Below, one piece after another: positions 1 through 8,670 of a stretch of 64,000 nt of DNA (positions within the stretch are counted from its first letter, which is position 1; the number at the start of each line of letters is the position of its first letter). The stretch lies in the NCBI GenBank assembly GCA_052139695.1, contig JBKQWF010000309.1, positions 7,829 through 71,828 on the forward strand. The letters run 5' to 3'. The notes below the pieces were generated by a model that worked only from the letters and a program-made list of their open reading frames with translations, searched no databases and was not told where the DNA came from. This DNA comes from Limisphaerales bacterium. Its GTDB lineage: Bacteria > Verrucomicrobiota > Verrucomicrobiia > Limisphaerales > Palsa-1400. The position numbers and the translations under genes were made by a program.

Positions 1-652
1 GCAAGGCATCACGGTAATGGTCAGTCAAATCAATCTCTTTCAGGGTAGAGGTCATGGACTCGACCAAACTGACGGAAAGCTTGAGTTCGTCCTTGTTCGC
101 TTCGCGTTTTTCGAGTTGCGGCACGTCTTCCATTTTCCGCAACTCCCGCGGGTTGCGCAATTTGTAGAGGACGATGCCGCCATCGAGCGGGGCGATCATC
201 ATGATTTCCTCCCGGTCCCGCAACGCGACTTTGCCAACGCCCACTTTGCCGCTGGCCTGCAAGGCCTGGGCCAAAAGCGTGTAGGTTTTTGCCGCGACCA
301 CGCCATCAGGCCCGGCAAAGTAGGGCGAATCATAAAGGGTGGGATGTATCTCCTGGGCGTCAATGAACCCTTCAATGTCGATGACTTTTGTGCTCTTGAC
401 TTTGAATTTCTCCAGGTCTTCCGGCGAGACGATGACGTACTGCTCCGCCTCAAACTCATAGCCTTTGACGATCTCCTCGGCGGTCAACGTCTTGCCGCAC
501 TTCTTGCACTTCTTTTCGTAGCTGACGCCGCCGTTGTCTTCCTTGTGCAATTGGTTGAACCGGATGGTTTCCTCGGTGTCCACCGCGTTGTAAATGCGGA
601 TGGGAATGGTCACCAGGGAAAAACAAATATGGCCTTTCCAGATTGATCTCAT
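1..652 (-). CDS. ku: Ku-type NHEJ DNA end-binding protein (3' end runs off the window; absent from ORF track)
   Basis: Manual reverse translation from ATG 652-650 gives MRSIWKGHICFSLVTIPIRIYNAVDTEETIRFNQLHKEDNGG..., a canonical bacterial Ku N-terminus. The start overlaps the ligD stop as ATGA (649-652). The + strand ORF 17..646 is its shadow. Confidence 0.85.
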   Translation of the reverse strand, partial: MRSIWKGHICFSLVTIPIRIYNAVDTEETIRFNQLHKEDNGGVSYEKKCKKCGKTLTAEEIVKGYEFEAEQYVIVSPEDLEKFKVKSTKVIDIEGFIDAQEIHPTLYDSPYFAGPDGVVAAKTYTLLAQALQASGKVGVGKVALRDREEIMMIAPLDGGIVLYKLRNPRELRKMEDVPQLEKREANKDELKLSVSLVESMTSTLKEIDLTDHYRDAL

Positions 653-3021
653 AATGTTGCTTTTTCTGCAGTCAAATCCGGTCTTAATCGGACAAACACC
701 GGCTCCCGCAACAGGCCGTCCGGAGTCCGTGAAGCAAACCCTGCTTCACAAACCAGCCGCGGCTCAACCCAAACAGAGCGGACGTCGTCAATGGGCTTTT
801 CTTTAACAGGTCTTTTAGTCTTTGTCAAATGTTCTAATTCGGCCCACACGGCCTTGAGCGTCGCTTCGTCAAAGCCGGTGCCGACCTTGCCCAGGTAAGC
901 CAATTCGCCGTCGCGCTCTTGCGCGAGGTGGAGGGCGCCAAAGGTATTTGCCCGGTCGCCATTGCCCCTGGTATAGCCGATGATGAGACATTCGGTGGTT
1001 TGACGCGCCTTGATCTTCAGCCAGAATTCGCTCCGTTTGCCGCGCAGATAAGGGCTATCGCGGCGTTTGGCCACGATTCCTTCCAGGCCAAGCTGTTTGA
1101 CTGCTTGCAAGAAGGCGGAACCGTCTTCCACCGCTTCACTTACGCGATAGGCCGTATCCTTCTTGATGACGTCCGCCAGCCATTCGCGCCGGCGTGCCAG
1201 TGTTTCATTGACGATCGTCCGCCCGTCCAAATAGAGACAGTCAAAAACGTAACAGACGGCCGGGTCCTTGGCTTGCGCCCGGGCAATGGCGCTTTCGCCT
1301 TTTTGTTGCATGCGGTGAATGACGTTGCGGAAACTGGGTTTGCCGTCTGCCTCAAGACAAACGATCTCGCCGTCAAACAAAGCCGAGGTGGCGCGGAACG
1401 CTTCCGCCGGAACGAGCAGTTCGGGAAATTGCGCCGTGAGGTCCGTGCCGTTGCGCCCATGAACGCTCACTTGACCTTCATCCAGGGAAATCAACGCGCG
1501 GATGCCGTCCCATTTCAGCTCGAAGAAATAATCGGACGAATCCGGCGGTTGCTCGGCGGGCCGGGCCAGCATCGGCTCAATCCGCTCGCGCGGCCAATCG
1601 GTCTGCGGCGCATCGACCCGCTCCAGCAGCCATTGATTGTCCTTCGTGTGATGGATGCGGAACTCGGCTGTCAACTCGCGCGCTTGCAGGCGAAAATAAA
1701 ATCCGTCCTTCTTTTCTTTAGTGATTTCGTACCGGCCCTGGGCGAACTTCCACATCATCCCGCCGCCATATTCGCCTTTGGGAATGGCGCCTTCAAAATT
1801 CACATATTCCAGGGGATGGTCCTCCACGCTCAACGCCAGCCGCTTGATGCCCGTCCGTGGCGGCAACCCTTTCGGCACCGCCCACGACTTTAGCACGCCG
1901 TTTTGTTCCAGGCGCAAGTCATAATGCAAGCGCGAGGCGTGGTGGCGATGGACGACAAACGCCGACCCGCTCGTGGCGGCAATGGGCGCCAGCGCCGGCA
2001 ATGGCTCGGCCGTTTTGTTGAAGCTGCGCTTGCTGGAATACTCTTTGAGTTGTGCGGGCGTTTTGCGAGTGCGAACCGGAGCAAGAGTCTTTGCCGGTGG
2101 GGTGGCTGTTTTTCTTTCGGTGTGAAGAGCGGTCGCGTAAGCGGCGATTGCTTCCCATGGGTCTCCGTTTTCTTTAACACGCTGCCAAACCGTCCGCAGA
2201 CTGAACGGCTTGGGACTTTCCAGGGCGCCCAATTCCTCCCACGCCAGCGGAGTCGAAACCGGTGCTCCGGGCAGACCGCGCACGCTATAGGCGGCCACGA
2301 TCGTTTGCGAGGCGCGGTTGCGGTAAATATCCAGGAGAATCTTGCCTTTGCGATGCTCCTTCTTGATTTGCAACGTCATCGCGGCCCCATGCACATCGAC
2401 AAACGGCTGGGCGAGCGCCTTGGCCGCTTCAAAAGCCTGGCCAAACTCCCATTTCGCCTCGATTGGCGTCACCACATGCAACCCTTTGCGGCCCGTGGTT
2501 TTGACAAAGGGGTGGTAACCAAAACTCTCCAGGTGCTCTTTGAATTGCAGCGCCAGTTCGACCACCTCCGCGAATGGGCAGGTCTCCGGTGGATCAAAAT
2601 CATAGACAATGTAATCCGGCTTATCAAAATGCGGCGAGCGCGAGTGCATCTGGTGCAATTCGATGCAAGCCAAATTGGCCAGCCAGACCAGCGATGCCTC
2701 TTCAGTCGCCATCACGTAGTCTTTTTTCTCTTCCCCGAGCGTGACGTGTTCAATCCAACCCGGCGCCCAGCCGGGCCGGTTCTTTTGATAGAACGATTGG
2801 CCGTTGATGCCATCTGGATAACGCACCAGGGACAAAGGACGCCCTTTGGCATGGGCTAAAATAGTCGGCGCCATTTGAAAATAATATTCGATCAGTTGCG
2901 CCTTGAGAATGTTGTCCTCGGGAAAAAGAACTTTGGCCAGGTTGGAGATTTCGATTTGCCGTTTCCCAACCTGAACATTCTGCGAAGTGTGCGGTGGCAT
3001 AGGGTGGCTTAAGCGGAACAA
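649..3021 (-). CDS. ligD: Multidomain ATP-dependent DNA ligase LigD (polymerase/primase - 3'-phosphoesterase - ligase)
   Basis: 790-aa ORF with an N-terminal LigD-polymerase-like region, the central phosphoesterase signature FVVHRHHASRLHYDLRLE, and a C-terminal ligase adenylation motif ELKWDGIR. The first codon at 3021 is TTG; the ATG at 3000 (MPPHTS...) is an alternative start. Confidence 0.9.
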   Translation of the reverse strand: MFRLSHPMPPHTSQNVQVGKRQIEISNLAKVLFPEDNILKAQLIEYYFQMAPTILAHAKGRPLSLVRYPDGINGQSFYQKNRPGWAPGWIEHVTLGEEKKDYVMATEEASLVWLANLACIELHQMHSRSPHFDKPDYIVYDFDPPETCPFAEVVELALQFKEHLESFGYHPFVKTTGRKGLHVVTPIEAKWEFGQAFEAAKALAQPFVDVHGAAMTLQIKKEHRKGKILLDIYRNRASQTIVAAYSVRGLPGAPVSTPLAWEELGALESPKPFSLRTVWQRVKENGDPWEAIAAYATALHTERKTATPPAKTLAPVRTRKTPAQLKEYSSKRSFNKTAEPLPALAPIAATSGSAFVVHRHHASRLHYDLRLEQNGVLKSWAVPKGLPPRTGIKRLALSVEDHPLEYVNFEGAIPKGEYGGGMMWKFAQGRYEITKEKKDGFYFRLQARELTAEFRIHHTKDNQWLLERVDAPQTDWPRERIEPMLARPAEQPPDSSDYFFELKWDGIRALISLDEGQVSVHGRNGTDLTAQFPELLVPAEAFRATSALFDGEIVCLEADGKPSFRNVIHRMQQKGESAIARAQAKDPAVCYVFDCLYLDGRTIVNETLARRREWLADVIKKDTAYRVSEAVEDGSAFLQAVKQLGLEGIVAKRRDSPYLRGKRSEFWLKIKARQTTECLIIGYTRGNGDRANTFGALHLAQERDGELAYLGKVGTGFDEATLKAVWAELEHLTKTKRPVKEKPIDDVRSVWVEPRLVCEAGFASRTPDGLLREPVFVRLRPDLTAEKATL

Positions 3022-3036
3022 TCCAGTCTGTGGTCC

Positions 3037-3311
3037 GGGGAGCGCGACCGTCTCGGTCGCTTCCAGTCGGCGTCCCGCCGACTGGCGTAGGTCTCAAAAA
3101 CGCTGGTTTTCGAGTCATCCATCGCAGGGCGCTGATGCCAGCCTGGTTTCATCAACTCAGATGGATCGGGAAGCGCGGACGTCTCGTCCGCCGCTTTCTG
3201 CGTCGCGCCGAAGGCATCAGGCTCTCGAACGGGTTCATAACAGTAATGCTTCTGATCCTGAGCCAGCCGGCGAGACGCCGGCTGGAAGCGACCGAGACGG
3301 TCGCGCTCCCC
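3037..3311. mobile_element. MITE-like composite repeat with ~49-bp terminal inverted repeats
   Basis: Left arm 3037-3085 (ggggagcgcgaccgtctcggtcgcttccagtcggcgtcccgccgactgg) and the reverse complement of 3263-3311 match at 46/49 positions by hand. The left arm is shared with copies at 32563 and 60755. Internal segment 3160-3238 recurs at 15784-15862. Confidence 0.6.
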
Positions 3312-3333
3312 GAGCCATCTGCATGGACACGGG

Positions 3334-4050
3334 TCAGAGTTTGGCTTCCATGCCACGGGCCAAATCGAGAAATTGCCTGGCCAGGGCCGGTGCCATTCCT
3401 TCGTCCTCATGTTTGAAAAAAATGAATGCTTCCTGCCAATCCTGCTGGCGCACCCGCTGCGCCCACGCCTGCAACTCCGCTTCGCCATAATCCGTCCGCC
3501 GCAACCGCAGATAGCCCCAGGGCGCGGTGGAAATAAACGGAGTCTCCAGATCGTTTTCCGCTTCGGCGATGCACAAAACCGCGTTGTGTTCCCGCAGCAA
3601 GTCGAAAACCTCCGTCTCAAGCCATGATTGATGCCGGAACTCAAAGGCGGCACGGCTTGGCGACGGGAGCAAGTCGAGAAATTGGCGCAAGCGCGGCACG
3701 TCCTTTTTCAGGAAGGGCGGCAATTGAAACAGCAGCGGTCCCAGCCGTTCCTTGAGCGTGCCGGCGGTGTTAAGGAAATACGACACCGAGTCTTCCGCCT
3801 CTTTAAGGCGCTGCCGGTGGGTAATCCGTTGCGGCGCTTTGAGGACAAACTTGAAATCGTCCGGGACCTCCGTGCTCCACGATTCCAACACGGACGCCTT
3901 GGGCATGCGATAGAACGTGTTATTGATTTCGACCGCCCGGAAACGCTCGCTGTAAAATCGGAGCATTTGCTTCTCCGGCAAATCTTCGGGATAAAACTTG
4001 CCCTTCCACTCCTTGTAGCTGAAGCCGCTGGTGCCGACGTAAAGATTCAT
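3334..4050 (-). CDS. DUF72 family protein
   Basis: MNLYVGTSGFSYKEWKGKFYPEDL...VEINNTFYRMP...FKFVLKAPQRITH matches the DUF72 pattern. I prefer the ATG at 4050 over the ORF-track start at 4125. Confidence 0.8.
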   Translation of the reverse strand: MNLYVGTSGFSYKEWKGKFYPEDLPEKQMLRFYSERFRAVEINNTFYRMPKASVLESWSTEVPDDFKFVLKAPQRITHRQRLKEAEDSVSYFLNTAGTLKERLGPLLFQLPPFLKKDVPRLRQFLDLLPSPSRAAFEFRHQSWLETEVFDLLREHNAVLCIAEAENDLETPFISTAPWGYLRLRRTDYGEAELQAWAQRVRQQDWQEAFIFFKHEDEGMAPALARQFLDLARGMEAKL

Positions 4051-4779
4051 GGATACCTTCATATCCACCCGCGCCCTCATTTCGGCGAGCCGAAGACACT
4101 TCCGAACCGGCTCACTTTTTACCAAGGGACGCAGGCGGGACTCAAAGACACTACCGACTATAGTGCCATTGTGGCGCTTTTTCCATCAGCAAGTCTTTCC
4201 CTTGGAACGGTGCGACGTGGCTCACGGCAAATCGCAACATGCTCCCAAATTTCACGCATTTTTCGCAATATTCTCGCACTTTGCCGGGACGGGTCGCGGG
4301 CTGCCGGGAATCGATCAAGGAGACGAATTGCATAAGTATTTCCACCTCAATGCGTTGCGTGATTGCTCCTTTTGCGAAATGTCCATTGGCATATCTAATG
4401 CTGAAATATGGCGATGGTGATAGAAATGAATCAGTTTGAAAGAGCAGTCGCAAAAGCAGAGGAAGATATGGAACCGCAATTACATGTGGTCGCCCGGTCA
4501 AATGAGGCGGCCAGCCAGCCAGTTTTAGCAGCCCCGCTGAGGCTCCCGTCCCGGCGCAAACCGCGTCAGGCGCGGCCTGAATTGGCCGTTTTGGGTTGGA
4601 AATACAGAAACGAACGCCTGGCAGCGTAAAGCAAATGGAATCCTGCCGCGTCTGCGGCACCATTTCCATTCAAGGCACTCCCGTGTTTACCGCTTACTCG
4701 GAATCCTCGTTCGATTCCATCTTGCGCGAAATGGATAATCCCGTCATTCTGGAGGCGGTTGAAAAGCATCGTTTGATCG

Positions 4780-6270
4780 ATGAACCGTTTGCGGAAAGTC
4801 CATCTGGGGCTCATGGCGTGGTTCAGCGTGCTGGCGCTGACCGGCTGCCAGACCTCCCTTCCGGAGCGATTTCTTGCGGATACCCAGATTAACGGCCGGC
4901 CAGTTCGTTTCGTTTATGATACCGGGGCCGGAGCGACCATCCTGTTCGCCCGACCGGCGAAACGTCTGGGTTTAAAGGTTGCCAATCCTCCTTCCTCCGC
5001 GCGAGCCGCGCCGGGAAAAGTTCTGACGGGGCACACTGAATTATGCCATTTCTCGATCAGCGGAGAAAGCTATAATCTAAAGTTGCAAACAGTTCTTTTG
5101 CCCTGGCCGGTGAGCCGGGTGATGGACATGGACGGCGCGATCGGATGGCCGGACATGAGGGATGACTTCATCGCCATTGACGCGGCCACTGATACCATCC
5201 GCGGGGTGGACCATTCGCCCGCGGAGACCAACGGTTGGTTCACTTTGCCCATTTATCCACACACCGACATCCTGGCCTTGCAAACTCCACGCCCAGACGG
5301 GAAGGCCGGGGTTTGGGAAATCGACACAGGCAATGACGGTGGTATCAGCCTCTCTCGCGTGCGCTGGAAGGAATGGCGCGCCACTCATCCTCATGGGCGC
5401 AAAGGTTGGTCCCTTAACTACATGCCAGGTTCCGGGATAGGAATTGAGCGCTCTTTTACACCTGATGAATTTGTTCTTGGCCCGTTGACTTGGAAAAAGG
5501 TCGTGGTCCGCAAAGCCACTCGGACTGAGATAGGCGTCGCGACCCGCGGCGACATTCTCGAAGGGAGCCTTGGGATCAAAGCGCTGCGGCAGTTGGACCT
5601 GATCCTGGACCAAAAGAAAGGGATGGCCTACCTGCGCTCCCGCCCTGAGCCCGCGACGAAACCGAGTAATATGATGGCCTTCACCAATAGCCACTTGCGC
5701 CTGAGTTTCCGGGAGCAGGAGTTCTTCGATCTGGCAATGGACGCCTTTGACCGCGGCGCGTTTGACAAAGCCCTGGCCATCGTCGGTCAGTTTCTGGAGC
5801 AGCAACCGGATAACTGGTCGGCCCTCGAATTCCGCGGGACCGCCCGTTACGTCACCCAACAGTGGGACGGCGCCTTGGCGGACTTCGGCCGAGTTGCCGA
5901 ATTGAACCCTGCCATGGCCACCTACGCCCAATTCAGCCTTTGGGCCATTCGTTCACGCAATGGCCAGCGGGACGCCGCCACGCGGAGCCTCGCCGTGTAT
6001 CTGGGCAAGCCGAAGGGCGATTCCTGGGAAACCAAAGTCGGCAAATTTCTCCTGGACCGTTTGAGCGAAGCGGATTTTCTGCGCGCCTCAGCTCGTGAGC
6101 CCGGGGACAAAGTCGAGCATCAATGCGAAGCGTGGTTCTATGCCGGAATGAAACGACGGCTGACGGGCGACATCGCGGCGGCGCGCGCTTATTTCCGCAA
6201 GTGTCTGGCGACCGAGCGGACGGACGAACAGGAATACAACTTCGCCGCCGCCGAATTGAAAACGTTGTAG
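4780..6270 (+). CDS. Lipoprotein with retropepsin-like aspartyl protease domain and C-terminal TPR-like region
   Basis: Lipobox LALTGC, active-site-like FVYDTGAGATILF (D-T-G-A), and a C-terminal helical-repeat region. Confidence 0.55.
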   Translation: MNRLRKVHLGLMAWFSVLALTGCQTSLPERFLADTQINGRPVRFVYDTGAGATILFARPAKRLGLKVANPPSSARAAPGKVLTGHTELCHFSISGESYNLKLQTVLLPWPVSRVMDMDGAIGWPDMRDDFIAIDAATDTIRGVDHSPAETNGWFTLPIYPHTDILALQTPRPDGKAGVWEIDTGNDGGISLSRVRWKEWRATHPHGRKGWSLNYMPGSGIGIERSFTPDEFVLGPLTWKKVVVRKATRTEIGVATRGDILEGSLGIKALRQLDLILDQKKGMAYLRSRPEPATKPSNMMAFTNSHLRLSFREQEFFDLAMDAFDRGAFDKALAIVGQFLEQQPDNWSALEFRGTARYVTQQWDGALADFGRVAELNPAMATYAQFSLWAIRSRNGQRDAATRSLAVYLGKPKGDSWETKVGKFLLDRLSEADFLRASAREPGDKVEHQCEAWFYAGMKRRLTGDIAAARAYFRKCLATERTDEQEYNFAAAELKTL

Positions 6271-6291
6271 TGAGATGACCTCTTCGCTGCC

Positions 6292-6328
6292 GCCCGGGCG
6301 CTCTTAAGCGCGCGAGGGCATCTTTTTT
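6292..6328 (+). terminator. Candidate intrinsic terminator
   Basis: GC-rich imperfect hairpin gcccgggcgc-tcttaa-gcgcgcgagggc followed by tctttttt, 22 nt after the stop at 6270. Confidence 0.5.
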
Positions 6329-6632
6329 ATATATCCGCACATAAATGACTCGACGTCACAACGCGAATTCTCGGGAGGGGCGAGCGCCGCGAGCCCCATC
6401 ATAACAGGGCGTCGCGGCGCTTCGTCCTCCCGTCGCGGGGGAACATGACATGTCAAAATTGGACAAAAGGGCCGGCCTGTGATATGAGTTACAAAACTCT
6501 CACTCACCAGAGACCCAATGGGGCGGCATAGCAACACCATTGACAGGCGTTCTCAGTCCGCGGCAGCAGGGTTCACTTTGTTTGAACCTCAGGCCGTGAT
6601 CGTGGTGATCGCTATTGCAAGAGTGGAAATTC

Positions 6633-6697
6633 CTAATCTTAATCCTCATCTTGACTCCTCCAAAGCAGAGGGAAGATTAAGATTAAGATTAAGATTT
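6633..6697. repeat. (AAGATT)4 hexanucleotide tandem repeat with upstream inverted partner
   Basis: Four perfect AAGATT units at 6673-6696. AATCTTAATC at 6635-6644 is their reverse complement, giving an imperfect hairpin. Confidence 0.8.
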
Positions 6698-6732
6698 GCG
6701 ACTTTTGCAACGGCCTCACGCCAGGAGGACTT

Positions 6733-6956
6733 GTGAAAACTATCCAAAAACAAATCGCTTTCACGTTGATTGAACTGCTGGTGGTCATCGCCGTCATCGC
6801 GATTCTGGCGGCGATGCTCTTGCCCGCGTTGTCGCGAGCCAAGGAGAACGCCCGGAGCATCAATGCCTGAGCAATTTGCGGCAGATCAACCTCGGCTTCA
6901 CAGCGGCGGTGGGGGACGATGGCGGGCAGTTAGGCTGGGGTCCGGGGCACAGATGA
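6733..6956 (+). pseudogene. Decayed prepilin-leader (type II secretion pseudopilin-like, H-X9-DG family) gene
   Basis: AGGAGG plus GTG then [45 protein letters not shown] stop at 6868-6870. The family-typical continuation (C)[11 protein letters not shown] follows in another frame, consistent with a 1-nt deletion. That frame also stops at 6954-6956, far short of the intact paralogue at 51011. Confidence 0.7.
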
Positions 6957-7011
6957 ACACAGATCAAGGAAGCAAAAGAAAGCATCTGTGAAAATCTGTG
7001 CATATCTGTGG
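6948..7011. repeat. CACAGAT/ATCTGTG hairpin element
   Basis: CACAGAT x2 (6948-6964) faces ATCTGTG x3 (6984-7010). A related element lies at 51993-52036. Confidence 0.7.
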
Positions 7012-7102
7012 CGGGAAGCCCGACTGCCGGAAGGGTCAGGGTTTCCCCCGATTCCATGTCCCCCAGTGGCAAAGCGCGGAAGGTTTGCTACTGGTTTCTG
7101 GG

Positions 7103-8656
7103 ATGAACAGAATATTCTTGATTGCAGCCGTTCTCTGGGTCCTGCGACCCGCCTCCGGGCTGTCGGAGCCGCCAGCCGCGCGGGTGAACCTCGATTATGT
7201 CGCGCAAAAGGCGGAGGCGCGCGCCCGCCTGCCGTTTCATTCGCCGAGGGCCCAGTTGCCCGCCTTCCTCAGTCAGATGACCTACGACCAGTACCGCGAG
7301 ATTGAATTCCGCCACGAGGAAGCGTTGTGGGCTAAGGAGGGGCTGCCGTTTCGGGTCGAATTCTTCCATCCCGGCTATCTTTATCAGGAACCGATCCACG
7401 TCAGCAGCTTCACGCCAAGCACGGTGGAGCCGGTGGAGTTCTCGCCGAAATTCTTCAACTACCGCTCCCTGCGCCTGTCATCGCCGATTCCGCCCAACAC
7501 CGGCTTTGCCGGTTTTCGCCTTTTGACACAGTTGAATGCGCCGGACAAATGGGACGAGCTGGGCGCTTTTCAGGGGGCCAGCTACTTTCGATTGCTTGGC
7601 CAGGGGCAGATCTATGGCATGTCGGCGCGGGGCCTGGCCCTGGATTGCGGCGAAGATGGCCGGCCGGAGGAGTTTCCCATTTTCACCGATTTCTGGCTGG
7701 GCGTTCCGCAGCAGGATGAGCGCCTGCTCCTGCTTTACGCTTTGTTGGACAGCGTCAGTTGCACCGGGGCTTTTGAGTTTCGCATTAAGCCGGGAGCGAC
7801 GACCGAGACCGCGGTGGAAGCGGTTTTGTATTTCCGGGACCGGGACAACGTGCTGGCGGCTGACGCGCAACGCAAGCCGCTGGCGACGATTGGCTTCGCG
7901 CCGCTGACCAGCATGTACTGGTTTGGCGGCGCTTGCGAACGCAGGTTTGACGACTACCGTCCGGAAGTTCACGACAGTGAAGGGCTGTTGTTGCGGTTGC
8001 AAAACGGCAAATGCGTCTGGCGCCCGCTTGTCAACGGCACGGCGTTGCGCCATCAGATTTTTCCCGCCGACGGTATCCGCGGGTTTGGACTCTTGCAGCG
8101 CGACCGCGATTTTAACAATTACCAGGACATCTTCCATTCCTACCAGGACGCGCCCAGCGCCTGGGTGGAGCCGCACGGCAACTGGGGCGACGGCACGATC
8201 CACGTCGTGGAGTTAAGCACGCAGTACGAGGGGTTGGACAACGTGGTGGCCTTCTGGAACCCGGCGGCCAAGCCGGCGCCACTGCAGCCCTTGCGGTTTG
8301 GCTACACCCTTTATTGGACAAAAGAAACCGACCGGACGCTCTCGACCAACGAAGTTGTTTCGACGCGGGTGGGCATCAACCCGCGCGCGCCGGACCAGCG
8401 AGAATTTGTTATTGATTTTTCCCTGCCTCAGGTGGCTCTCGACGGCAAAGCCCCAGCCATCGCCGCCATTTGCGGCACCAATGGCACGGTGGCTCAGGAG
8501 CAGATTTTTCCCAACCCGATGGAGAAAACGTGGCGCGTGATCCTGGATGTCTTGCCCAAGCCGGGCCAGCGAGAGCCGCTGGATGTGAATTGCGCCTTGA
8601 AAAAGGGAAATGAAGAGGTGAGCGAAACCTGGACATACCATTGGACTCCGCCATGA
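7103..8656 (+). CDS. opgG: Periplasmic glucan biosynthesis protein (MdoG/OpgG-OpgD family)
   Basis: Signal peptide MNRIFLIAAVLWVL, then family-typical YDQYREIEFRHEEALW...FRVEFFHPGYLY. ATG at 7103 is preferred over the track start at 6998. Confidence 0.8.
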   Translation: MNRIFLIAAVLWVLRPASGLSEPPAARVNLDYVAQKAEARARLPFHSPRAQLPAFLSQMTYDQYREIEFRHEEALWAKEGLPFRVEFFHPGYLYQEPIHVSSFTPSTVEPVEFSPKFFNYRSLRLSSPIPPNTGFAGFRLLTQLNAPDKWDELGAFQGASYFRLLGQGQIYGMSARGLALDCGEDGRPEEFPIFTDFWLGVPQQDERLLLLYALLDSVSCTGAFEFRIKPGATTETAVEAVLYFRDRDNVLAADAQRKPLATIGFAPLTSMYWFGGACERRFDDYRPEVHDSEGLLLRLQNGKCVWRPLVNGTALRHQIFPADGIRGFGLLQRDRDFNNYQDIFHSYQDAPSAWVEPHGNWGDGTIHVVELSTQYEGLDNVVAFWNPAAKPAPLQPLRFGYTLYWTKETDRTLSTNEVVSTRVGINPRAPDQREFVIDFSLPQVALDGKAPAIAAICGTNGTVAQEQIFPNPMEKTWRVILDVLPKPGQREPLDVNCALKKGNEEVSETWTYHWTPP

Positions 8657-8670
8657 GCGGGAGCCGCGGG

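Noticed and set aside
17-646. 209-aa + strand ORF at the left edge
   Set aside because: It is the antisense shadow of the ku gene, which reads clearly on the minus strand. Its composition (R/G/D/F-rich, no motifs) is typical of a shadow frame.
4126-4779. 650-bp lower-GC gap with short ORFs (4408..4629 73 aa; 4635..4892 MESCRVCGT...; minus-strand 4151..4669)
   Set aside because: No family motifs are recognisable, the ORFs overlap each other and the next gene, and coding cannot be supported by eye. They might hide a small gene, but I cannot call one.
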